Virus record (IMG/VR): IMGVR_UViG_3300005805_000444
Coordinates: 1-25,375 of that record
Strand: one strand, 5' to 3'
DNA length: 25,375 bases
Origin: a virus
Taxonomy: Duplodnaviria; Caudoviricetes
Below the pieces are notes generated by a model. The model was not told the origin of the DNA, ran no database searches, and saw only the letters and a list, made by a program, of their open reading frames with translations. Every line of letters begins with the position of its first letter. Position 1 is the first letter of the stretch. Both the position numbers and the translations under genes were made by a program. This document shows, one piece after another, positions 16,913 to 24,498 of this stretch.

Positions 16913-17419
16913 TTACAGTGTACGATCTTGTGGATCTTCTGTAAGTAATTGTTTACTGGACTTCTTAGTGCCAGCGTCTTTTACTTCAACTTTCTTTGGC
17001 TTTCTATGCTCTGGAATGATGCGCTCCAGGAACACTTTAAGCATACCATTCATCATCTCTGCATCTTTGACTTCGACTTGATCTTCTAAGGCAAACGTGC
17101 GTACAAAGTTACGAGCAGCAATACCTTTGAACAAGAAGTTCTCGTTTGCGCTATCGTCTTCCACACGACCTTTAATGATCATCTTGCCATCAGCAAGTTC
17201 AATCTCAATATCTTGCTTGGCAAAACCAGCAACAGCAAGCTCAACAACGTATGTGTTGTCACCTGTTTTCTTGATATTGAATGGAGGATAGTTGGGGATA
17301 TTTTTTGTGATGTCGTCATGCATCTTTGCAAGACGATTAAACTGTTCATCAAACCCGACATAAAATTTGTCAAAGTCTTTGAACATATCACGGCCGAACA
17401 CATCTTTAATATATGTCAT
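16913..17419 (-). CDS. hsp20: Small heat-shock protein Hsp20 (IbpA-like)
   Basis: NYPPFNI, ELAVAGF, KGIAARNF.RTF and A.MMNGML. ATG 17419 has SD GAGGAG. Confidence 0.95.
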   Translation of the reverse strand: MTYIKDVFGRDMFKDFDKFYVGFDEQFNRLAKMHDDITKNIPNYPPFNIKKTGDNTYVVELAVAGFAKQDIEIELADGKMIIKGRVEDDSANENFLFKGIAARNFVRTFALEDQVEVKDAEMMNGMLKVFLERIIPEHRKPKKVEVKDAGTKKSSKQLLTEDPQDRTL

Positions 17420-17432
17420 AATATATTTCTCC

Positions 17433-17657
17433 TCACTTAGTTGCAAAAGCTTTTTTCACATCAAACGTGTATGCTGATGTTCCCATTGTTGTGAAAAATT
17501 TCTCAACTTCTTGGGCTACATTTTTTGCAAACGTAGTTTGAGCAGTAATATAAGCATGAAGAGGTTTTTTAAGTTCTTCGTTGTGTACAAAAGTGTTAAC
17601 GAAGTTTGTTTTTGCACCTTGAACGGTGTCAATAGTTGTATTAACAATCTGAATCAT
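17433..17657 (-). CDS. Hypothetical amphipathic helical protein (possibly phasin-like)
   Basis: 74 aa with a strong SD (AAGGAG) and an amphipathic pattern. The function is only inferred. Confidence 0.6.
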   Translation of the reverse strand: MIQIVNTTIDTVQGAKTNFVNTFVHNEELKKPLHAYITAQTTFAKNVAQEVEKFFTTMGTSAYTFDVKKAFATK

Positions 17658-17663
17658 GTGATT

Positions 17664-17710
17664 CTCCTTATAAAGCGAGTTAATGATTTTGCCAACCCCG
17701 AAGGCATTGG
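17664..17710 (-). promoter_or_regulatory. ROSE-like RNA thermometer
   Basis: SD hairpin CUC(G)CUU-UAU-AAGGAG contains UCGCU with a bulged G (17664-17679). A CCAAU(G)CC-UUCG-GGGUUGG hairpin (17692-17710) precedes it, and the operon contains hsp20. Confidence 0.65.
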
Positions 17711-17769
17711 CCCGGCTTCTGGATTATACAGCCTGCACCGGATTGCTGCTTCCCATCCCTGAGAAAGGT

Positions 17770-17997
17770 TTACTTCTCAGAAATGAATTCGTTTAACAAT
17801 TTAGCCTTGTTAATAATTGCACTCTCCGAAGGATACGCAGGAATTTCTGTTAAGAACTCTTGACCGTCTTTATTTGTACTCGCTGCAAGCTCCCATTTAC
17901 GCATAGCGGTATCACGGCGAGTGTGAAAGTCTTGTTCGAGCAATTCTTTCGACATTTTCAAAAGTTCTAGTCTAATTTCAAATGGTGTTAAAGCCAT
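17770..17997 (-). CDS. Hypothetical protein of T4-like phages
   Basis: TPFEIRLELLKM...YPS...II.KA..LNEFIS, with SD AAGGAG. Confidence 0.75.
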   Translation of the reverse strand: MALTPFEIRLELLKMSKELLEQDFHTRRDTAMRKWELAASTNKDGQEFLTEIPAYPSESAIINKAKLLNEFISEK

Positions 17998-18067
17998 AAT
18001 TTTCTCCTTTGTGTGTGTTAATGTGTGTTTTGGTAGTTTTGGATACCAGCCATTATTATATAGTCGA

Positions 18068-18199
18068 TCACTCCATCAGGACGTAATCTTCTTTGCTGAC
18101 ACCGCACTCTGGACAGTTCACAGAGTCAGGCAGACTCAACCAGTCAGCTTCAGATAGGGTATGACCACAAACAATACAAACGTAAACTTTCTCAGACAT
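18068..18199 (-). CDS. Rubredoxin (short, 43 aa)
   Basis: Hand-translated MSEKVYVCIVCGHTLSEADWLSLPDSVNCPECGVSKEDYVLME, with CxxCG and CPxCG. It is TAATG-coupled to the rubrerythrin. Confidence 0.9.
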   Translation of the reverse strand: MSEKVYVCIVCGHTLSEADWLSLPDSVNCPECGVSKEDYVLME

Positions 18200-18648
18200 T
18201 ATAGTGCCTCCAATACTTTTTTATATGCATCTGCGTGACGTTGCTCAACCTTTTGCAAAGCAGCAAAACGTTTTTCTGCAAGCTCGAGTACCTTCTTGAA
18301 CTCGTCAGCGTGTTGTTTCGATTCAGCAATTTGCTCTTTCGCTTCTTTTGCTGCTTGTAGCTCGCCCTCACGCTCAGCAATAGCATGGAATTGAGGATAC
18401 ATTTCTGTATACTCGTATGTTTCACCGTCAATTGCCTTCTGTAGACATTCTTTTGTTGAAGGCTTGCCAATCAACAACTCAAGGTGACCCCATGCATGCT
18501 TAATCTCTTGATCAGCAGTATGTTCAAAGTGTTTTGCAACATCTTCAAACCCCTCTTCACGAGCAATTTTTGCAAAGTAGCGATATTTAATATGTGCCAT
18601 TGACTCACCAGCCAACGCACTCTCTAGATTTTTTAATGTAGCTGACAT
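18199..18648 (-). CDS. Rubrerythrin (ferritin-like di-iron domain only)
   Basis: NLESALAGESMA..KY..FA..AREEG, EIKH, GETYEYTEMYP and ESKQH, with SD AAGGAG. Confidence 0.92.
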   Translation of the reverse strand: MSATLKNLESALAGESMAHIKYRYFAKIAREEGFEDVAKHFEHTADQEIKHAWGHLELLIGKPSTKECLQKAIDGETYEYTEMYPQFHAIAEREGELQAAKEAKEQIAESKQHADEFKKVLELAEKRFAALQKVEQRHADAYKKVLEAL

Positions 18649-18717
18649 ACTAACTCCTTAATAACATTGCATAATTATATATTGTATCAAAACACAAAAT
18701 CTAATTGATATTTTGAA

Positions 18718-19143
18718 TCACAACAATACGACTTCTACATCAGCCTCTTCAAACATCTGTTGAGTCACATCAAAGCGAAAACGATCGGCATGTGTATCAT
18801 GCCATTCTTTTGATGTTACTACTTGTCTTATCCCCCGCTGAATAATGCCCTTTGCACATTCAGAACAAGGATACAAAGTAGAATATAAAGTGGCGCCGTC
18901 CACGTCAATATAAGCATTGTCCAGAGCATTGCGCTCTGCGTGAGCAACAAATTGAAGCTTTGTAGATCTATCGTTGTATCGTTCTGCACAGTCATGTACA
19001 CCTCTTGGAAAACCATTATAACCCAAACTCAAAACTTGCTTTTTGTTATTAACAATAACAGCACCCACCCTTGTCGACGGGTCTTTTGACCAACCCGCGA
19101 CATGGTGGGCGAGATCCATAAACCGCTGATTCCAATCGGTCAT
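18718..19143 (-). CDS. cd: dCMP deaminase
   Basis: SKDPSTRVGAVIV, GYNGFP, HAERNA and PCSEC zinc motifs. Confidence 0.92.
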   Translation of the reverse strand: MTDWNQRFMDLAHHVAGWSKDPSTRVGAVIVNNKKQVLSLGYNGFPRGVHDCAERYNDRSTKLQFVAHAERNALDNAYIDVDGATLYSTLYPCSECAKGIIQRGIRQVVTSKEWHDTHADRFRFDVTQQMFEEADVEVVLL

Positions 19144-20030
19144 ATCTCAACCACTTTCGATGGATCAAACACTTCTGCTTGATCCTCATACCCAATATAA
19201 CCACGTGGGTTACAAAAGATACGAGTCGAACCAATCATGTAATCAAACTCATGATGAGTGTGACCGTGAGTCCACAATTTAATTTGTGGATGATCGAGAA
19301 TAAACTCGCTTAGCTCAGAGCTGTATGCACCATTCACAATCACGTCCCTCTCATAGCGAGGTTTAATTGATTGCTTGGATGGAGAGTGGTGTCCTACAAT
19401 AACCACTTTCTTATTAACAGGAACAGAAGCTAAAGTCGTACGAATCACCTCAAGCATTTGCTTGTGATCTTCAACCGACGTCTCTGGTGTAAACTGACCT
19501 GTTCTCTGTTTAAATACAGTGATTTCTTTACCAGGATTATCTGGATCTGGCAAGAATGCTTTGTAGTTAATAGGTGTGTTTGTGTCTTCGATCAAACGAT
19601 AGTCATTCATCATCCTGCGAATTTGAGACAGCGTAATTGGATCTTCTTTGTTCATATCTGTCCAAAGAGTACCACCAATGAACAACACATCATCAATCTC
19701 TTCTGTATTCTTATCAAGAATATGAAGATTGCTCAAATACTTCAGTCGCTCGCGTAGCAACGGAATGGTCGTTGGATAGTTACCATGATAGTGCTCGTGA
19801 TTACCTGCAATGTAAATTACATGTGGGAACTGAGCACAGCACTCTTCAAAGAAGCTGTGATACCTATGTGATTTTGTGTGTTCACCTAGCATGTTATGTA
19901 CATCTCGCTCACCAAGATCATTAGCGACGCAGATATCACCAGAAAGAATGAGAACATCTGTATTACCAGCGTTCTCAATCCTTACTGGACCAAACTCGAG
20001 GTGAAGATCACTCACTACCTGTAGTTTCAT
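19140..20030 (-). CDS. Calcineurin-like metallophosphoesterase
   Basis: SDLH, GD, GNHE, GHH and HGHTH, ending in NPRGY. Confidence 0.92.
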   Translation of the reverse strand: MKLQVVSDLHLEFGPVRIENAGNTDVLILSGDICVANDLGERDVHNMLGEHTKSHRYHSFFEECCAQFPHVIYIAGNHEHYHGNYPTTIPLLRERLKYLSNLHILDKNTEEIDDVLFIGGTLWTDMNKEDPITLSQIRRMMNDYRLIEDTNTPINYKAFLPDPDNPGKEITVFKQRTGQFTPETSVEDHKQMLEVIRTTLASVPVNKKVVIVGHHSPSKQSIKPRYERDVIVNGAYSSELSEFILDHPQIKLWTHGHTHHEFDYMIGSTRIFCNPRGYIGYEDQAEVFDPSKVVEI

Positions 20031-20301
20031 ATTGAACCTTATGAATTAGTTTATCTCCCATCCAGTGAGAGCTCATTTCTTGTTTGTCTTTTTCCAGCTT
20101 ATTCATTAGAACAAGCAGCTCCTCGTACGACACTTCACGGCCTTCAATGATTTGCTCACCAAGCCATTTTTGTGTAACTTCATCAAAGTTACGATCGTGC
20201 TCTGTCATAACGAGCTCATCCATCGCATGCTCAAGCGTTTCTGCTTCAATAGCATACTTCATACGGAATGTGCTAAGGGTATCAACTAGGAAGATGGGCA
20301 T
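20008..20301 (-). CDS. Hypothetical protein
   Basis: The start was moved to ATG 20301 (MPIFLVDTLSTFRMKY), which is preceded by AGAGG. Confidence 0.75.
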   Translation of the reverse strand: MPIFLVDTLSTFRMKYAIEAETLEHAMDELVMTEHDRNFDEVTQKWLGEQIIEGREVSYEELLVLMNKLEKDKQEMSSHWMGDKLIHKVQYETTGSE

Positions 20302-20587
20302 AAAAAACCTCTTTAGGAATGTCTTTGAGAACTTGATTGTCTTTGAATCTTGACATATTGTCAATGGAGCGAGCTGGCTTTGTAAAAACCTCAAGCGTTT
20401 TCGCACTTACTTCTTTAGGCTCATACACAGAGCGTAGATGTGTAAATGCTTGCATTGCATTACTGAATGCAATTACTTTGTCCTCGTGTAGTAGGTGGAA
20501 CATTTGTTGCTCAAAAACACCCACAGCCAGGAGTTTATCATGTTGGCTAAACACGTAACCATCTTTGGTCTCAGTAAATTTAATCAT
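20282..20587 (-). CDS. Hypothetical early protein, probably leaderless
   Basis: MIKFTETK... ATG 20587 lies 6 nt after a perfect -10 box and has no SD. Confidence 0.65.
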   Translation of the reverse strand: MIKFTETKDGYVFSQHDKLLAVGVFEQQMFHLLHEDKVIAFSNAMQAFTHLRSVYEPKEVSAKTLEVFTKPARSIDNMSRFKDNQVLKDIPKEVFYAHLPS

Positions 20588-20593
20588 GACAAC

Positions 20594-20622
20594 ATTATAC
20601 AAACTTTTTCAACATTGGTCAA
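20594..20622 (-). promoter_or_regulatory. Sigma70-type early promoter TTGACC-N17-TATAAT
   Basis: -35 at 20617-20622, a 17-nt spacer and -10 at 20594-20599. Confidence 0.8.
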
Positions 20623-20624
20623 CA

Positions 20625-20632
20625 TCTAAATA
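20625..20632 (+). promoter_or_regulatory. T4-type late promoter TCTAAATA for the plus-strand operon
   Basis: Same TAAATA core as the other four sites, about 41 nt before ATG 20674, whose SD is AGAGGA. Confidence 0.6.
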
Positions 20633-20673
20633 CAGCGTACACTGGGAAGTGTATATTTTAAAAGAGGAAAATA

Positions 20674-21699
20674 ATGACCAAAAAGCTAACTTTTTTGGTG
20701 CTCTTTATTATGTCCTTTGTCAATGCTGTGGCACAGACCACTTATGATTCGACAACTCTTGTTGATACAAACAACAATTCAACAAGCACAAGCACCGTTA
20801 ATACAAATAACACCAGCACTAGTACAAGCACATCAACAAGTACAAGTACTGTTAACAGCAACGCAACGAGCACAAACACCAACAACAACGTTATGAGTGG
20901 TAGTGTAACTTACACTAATAACAATAACAATGTTAATAGTGGTACACAGACGTTAAACAATAACAACGTAAACGTCAATAGTGGCACTATGACATATAAC
21001 AACAATAATGTCAACAGTGGTACACAAACTTTTAATAACAATAACGTTAGTACATCCACAAACACAAACAATTCTGTTAACACAAACACAAATGTTAATC
21101 AGAATATAAACAGCGGTACACAAACGTTTAATAACAACAACACTTCAGCAAGTACTAGTGTTAACCAGAACATAAACAGTGGCACGATGACGAACAACAA
21201 TAACAACGTCAATCAAAACGTGAATACTGGTGATATGACAAATAGAAACGTTAACACATCTGATATTACACAACGAGTAATCCAACCACCTCCTACAGCT
21301 GTTGCTCCTTCAATGATGTCCGGTGGTAACAGCGATCTGTGCTCAACAGGAACAAGTGGTTCTGTTCAAACACAAATCTTTGGTGTTAGCTCTGGCGGTA
21401 CTATTCGTGATTTGAATTGTGAACGCTTAAAGTTATCAAAGACACTCTACGATATGGGTATGAAGGTTGCAGCAGTTGCTACCCTTTGTCAGGATAGACG
21501 TGTTTTTGATGCAATGATGTCTGCAGGTACTCCTTGCCCCTACGAAGGTAAGATCGGTGAGCAAGCAAAAGCATCATGGGAAGCAAATCCCAATCAGATT
21601 CCTAAAGAAGTAAAAGTAGAAAAAGATGATACTTACAAGAAAATTGGTGTTGGTAGCTTGCTTGGTCTTACCGTTTTCAAGCTACTTGGGTTCCGTTAA
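20674..21699 (+). CDS. Exported protein: signal peptide, Asn/Thr-rich repeats and a 4-Cys C-terminal domain
   Basis: Sec-type signal MTKKLTFLVLFIMSFVNAVA. About 7 N-[VI]-N-S-G-T-[QM]-T-like repeats. C-domain PPTAVAP...DLC...NCERLK...LCQD...TPCP and a hydrophobic tail. Confidence 0.85.
   Translation: MTKKLTFLVLFIMSFVNAVAQTTYDSTTLVDTNNNSTSTSTVNTNNTSTSTSTSTSTSTVNSNATSTNTNNNVMSGSVTYTNNNNNVNSGTQTLNNNNVNVNSGTMTYNNNNVNSGTQTFNNNNVSTSTNTNNSVNTNTNVNQNINSGTQTFNNNNTSASTSVNQNINSGTMTNNNNNVNQNVNTGDMTNRNVNTSDITQRVIQPPPTAVAPSMMSGGNSDLCSTGTSGSVQTQIFGVSSGGTIRDLNCERLKLSKTLYDMGMKVAAVATLCQDRRVFDAMMSAGTPCPYEGKIGEQAKASWEANPNQIPKEVKVEKDDTYKKIGVGSLLGLTVFKLLGFR
20760..21260 (+). repeat. Low-complexity AAC/ACA-rich coding repeats
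   Basis: Recurrent aa(c/t)ag(t/c)gg(t/c)ac and aacaa(c/t)aac units encode the N/T/S repeats. Boundaries are approximate. Confidence 0.8.
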
Positions 21700-23206
21700 A
21701 GCTCAAAATTTAGACCCTAATCAGGTTTATAGCACCGGAAATATTGTATTACCCTCGACAAATTCATCGTCGTGGGTAAATGGTGTGTATCAACCATCTC
21801 TTACTTGCTGGAGTTGGGGTGATCCTGGATATTGCGGTCCAAATGCTATTGTAAGACCAGGTGGTAACATCAACTTTTCTTACGGTACAACAGACCTTCA
21901 CCAAATACAAGCTATAGCAAACGTCCTGCCAAACTCCGGTACAGGACTAATTGTGAATGGGTACAACTTTGGATTTACAGCCAAAAACGGTAACGGATGG
22001 GATGATGGTAGGGTCGATAGGTTGAACGCGTACGTTACATTCTATGACTCCTCTAATAACATCGCTTTTAATAAAAACTACAACTTAAACTACCAGTTCA
22101 ATTGGACAACTTTCAATTACAGTGAAACATTTCAAACACCACTTGCAACTGGTAATCTAAGCAATGTGCGATATGGATTCGTTGGAGGTGATAATAACTT
22201 CTGGTCCGGACCATATGGTCCAGAGTTATACGGTGTGAATTTTAGTCTAAAGTATACGGTAGATCCTTGCTCTGTTGATCCTTTGAGTAAACCGACTTGT
22301 CCTGGTTACATGGAAGCATTGGCAAAGCTTACACCACAAACAGTAGAGATTGCACAACAACCTGTAACAGAAATCAAAGAGGTTCAGCAGCCAGCTACTG
22401 TGACATCTACTGTTGCAGCAAGTGCACCCGTAAATAATCAAAGTACAAGCTCTGCACCTCAGACAACAGCAGGAACACAGCAAAAAGCCAATGAAAGTAC
22501 ATCATCCAGCAGTTCACCTTCACTTAGAAGCATACTGAATATCATTGGTAATGAACAGAGTCGTTTGAGCAGATTGGAAACGTCTGTGGCAGGTGCTGCA
22601 GTTGAGCAAGCAAAACAAGAAGCATCAAAGGTAACAGCAGAAGCACAATCCGTTGCTACTTCACAACAAGCACAAACAGTATCATCTGCTCAAACGTTAG
22701 TTGCTAGTATGGTATCACAACAAATACAGACAACATCTCGTACAAACATCTACAGTCTACAATTGAGTAGTCAGCAGACAGATAGAGCCTCTCTTTCACT
22801 GCAACAATCCAATCAATCAGCAAGATCGGATGTTAGTGAAGCAGCAAGACAAGCGGTAACAGAAGAAACGTCGGAAAGTAAACAATTATTAAGCGTCACA
22901 AGCCCAGTTGCTTTGCTATCAAACAGTCAACTTCCAACGTTAATCTCACCTACCGCTCAACAAGAAAGTACAGTAAAAAAGGATGTTGAACTCAACGATG
23001 CAGCAGGTGGCCGAGACATATCAAGCATTGCAAAACAGCCTCCTGGCTTCGATGCTTATTCCACTTTCACTTTGAAAGATATTGCTTTTTACAAACCAGA
23101 GGAAGTGTATAAGAATCAAGTCAATGTTGACAACGCAAGAGCGCTGAGACAACTTTCGTCGGATAGATTACACAACGAAATGGTAGAACAACAATACAAA
23201 AGGTAA
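21626..23206 (+). CDS. Exported protein: aromatic/Gly/Asn-rich beta domain (possibly carbohydrate-binding), Cys motif and S/T/Q-rich stalk
   Basis: Signal-like N-terminus ending VKA-Q, then CWSWGDPGYC and DPCSVDPLSKPTCPGY, followed by a long S/T/Q/A region. Confidence 0.8.
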   Translation: MILTRKLVLVACLVLPFSSYLGSVKAQNLDPNQVYSTGNIVLPSTNSSSWVNGVYQPSLTCWSWGDPGYCGPNAIVRPGGNINFSYGTTDLHQIQAIANVLPNSGTGLIVNGYNFGFTAKNGNGWDDGRVDRLNAYVTFYDSSNNIAFNKNYNLNYQFNWTTFNYSETFQTPLATGNLSNVRYGFVGGDNNFWSGPYGPELYGVNFSLKYTVDPCSVDPLSKPTCPGYMEALAKLTPQTVEIAQQPVTEIKEVQQPATVTSTVAASAPVNNQSTSSAPQTTAGTQQKANESTSSSSSPSLRSILNIIGNEQSRLSRLETSVAGAAVEQAKQEASKVTAEAQSVATSQQAQTVSSAQTLVASMVSQQIQTTSRTNIYSLQLSSQQTDRASLSLQQSNQSARSDVSEAARQAVTEETSESKQLLSVTSPVALLSNSQLPTLISPTAQQESTVKKDVELNDAAGGRDISSIAKQPPGFDAYSTFTLKDIAFYKPEEVYKNQVNVDNARALRQLSSDRLHNEMVEQQYKR

Positions 23207-23210
23207 AAAA

Positions 23211-23864
23211 ATGGCAGAAGAAATCAAAGACCTGAACAAAGAAGTAGATAAACTTGAAGCAGCAGCAAAGAAGTATGCTAGCAAGGACACAGTAATTAGT
23301 GTTGGTGGTTATGAATTCACACCAGCTAAACTAATGATTGCGTTTACAATCATATCGACGACGCTTGGTGGATTGTATGGTGCGTTTGAAGCATATAAAG
23401 ACTATATGGGAATGAAGAAAAAGATTGCTGAGTATGTTTCGCCCGACTTATCAGAGTTTGATAAAAGACTGGCTGTGATTGAAGAGAACAGTCAAAAGAC
23501 ATCAGATTACACACGTGATATCAAGAACGACTTAAAGAGTGATATACGTAGAAACGAGTCTGTAACGGAACAGATTGAACGTGGTGTAAAGCAAGCACAG
23601 CGCGAGACAGAACAAGAGATGCGTCAGGCTCGTAAAGATATCCGCGAAGACTTGGAAAAGGCAAGAGGAGAAGTCAATGCTATTCGTAAAGAGGTTGCTG
23701 ATGCTCGCCGTGAGATCACAAGAGAGGTTGATTCAGCAAAGAAAGACATTGCTCGTGATGTTGATACGTTAAAACGTGAAGTCAAACGTGATGTTGACGT
23801 GTTGAAGAAAGAAGTAGATACAAAGATTCAAAAAGCTATCGATAACCCACTAGCAAACAAATGA
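23211..23864 (+). CDS. Membrane-anchored coiled-coil protein
   Basis: One TM segment (LMIAFTIISTTLGGLYGAF), then a long coiled coil with about 11-residue periodicity, ending IDNPLANK. Confidence 0.8.
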   Translation: MAEEIKDLNKEVDKLEAAAKKYASKDTVISVGGYEFTPAKLMIAFTIISTTLGGLYGAFEAYKDYMGMKKKIAEYVSPDLSEFDKRLAVIEENSQKTSDYTRDIKNDLKSDIRRNESVTEQIERGVKQAQRETEQEMRQARKDIREDLEKARGEVNAIRKEVADARREITREVDSAKKDIARDVDTLKREVKRDVDVLKKEVDTKIQKAIDNPLANK

Positions 23865-24007
23865 TTTACATTGCATTGTTGATGGCTTCAACGGTGCAGT
23901 ATGAATGTGTTAGATGGACATGGACAGGAGATGTCTACAACCGCAAGGTTGTATGTTTACAATGGCGTGAAAAAAATGCTTCAACGAACAAAGAAAAGAG
24001 AAAATGA
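23861..24007 (+). CDS. Small protein with a hydrophobic N-terminus and a Cys-Trp beta-hairpin (48 aa)
   Basis: Hand-translated MIYIALLMASTVQYECVRWTWTGDVYNRKVVCLQWREKNASTNKEKRK, with ATGA overlaps at both ends. Confidence 0.8.
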   Translation: MIYIALLMASTVQYECVRWTWTGDVYNRKVVCLQWREKNASTNKEKRK

Positions 24008-24498
24008 TCGATCCTATCTCTATAGGAGCCGCTTTTGCTGCTGCGCAAGGAGCTGTAGACGGAATCAAGGCAGCTATAAACATGGGAAAGGATATCAACG
24101 GTATCGTTGGTGATCTTGGTAAGTTCTTTAGATATAGTAACGAAGTATACACTGCTGCTGCAAAAAGCAGTGTAGAAAATTACAAAAAATCAGATGGTGA
24201 GTTAGGCGAAGTTGCGCTTCAACTTGCGATGTCCGCAAAGAAGTTACGTGATGATGAGAGAATGCTCAAAGAGTTATTAATATACTCTGGTAACGGCGAT
24301 GTGTGGGAACACATGCAGAAAGAGCATCTACGACTGATAAAAGAAAAGCGTGAGTTTGAAAGGAAGCAGCGCGAGATAATAGCAAAAAGAAACGAACAGA
24401 TTGCCGAGGCAGTAATGGGAGGCGCTATTGCACTTCTTTGCACAGGTGTCCTAGCAATGTTTTGTGTTGCCGGGTTCAACTACCTAACACGAGGTTAA
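24004..24498 (+). CDS. Helical membrane protein (MIDPISI N-terminal helix, coiled coil, C-terminal TM)
   Basis: 164 aa. The C-terminal hydrophobic stretch is AVMGGAIALLCTGVLAMFCVAGF. Confidence 0.8.
   Translation: MIDPISIGAAFAAAQGAVDGIKAAINMGKDINGIVGDLGKFFRYSNEVYTAAAKSSVENYKKSDGELGEVALQLAMSAKKLRDDERMLKELLIYSGNGDVWEHMQKEHLRLIKEKREFERKQREIIAKRNEQIAEAVMGGAIALLCTGVLAMFCVAGFNYLTRG

Noticed and set aside
17723-17728. Minus-strand TATAAT upstream of the hsp20 operon
   Set aside because: It has no -35 or TGn extension and lies within the proposed RNA structure.
18192-18470. 92-aa minus-strand ORF
   Set aside because: It is an alternative frame inside the rubrerythrin gene.
21-20747. Numerous 60-130 aa plus-strand ORFs in the track (e.g. 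471-755, 1894-2259, 7878-8267, 13433-13732)
   Set aside because: They are antisense shadows or alternative frames of well-supported genes, with no SD or recognisable motif.
20760-21260. CRISPR or DGR-type repeat array
   Set aside because: The repeats are degenerate, in frame and codon-variable with no spacers, and no reverse transcriptase is visible.
23901-24152. Track ORFs 23901-24113 (+) and 23910-24152 (-)
   Set aside because: They are superseded by the ATGA-coupled 48-aa ORF and the 164-aa gene.
23211-24498. Spanin (Rz/Rz1) or holin assignment
   Set aside because: The TM plus coiled coil is i-spanin-like, but no partner has a convincing lipobox and no endolysin is nearby. The assignment is unsupported, though not excluded.
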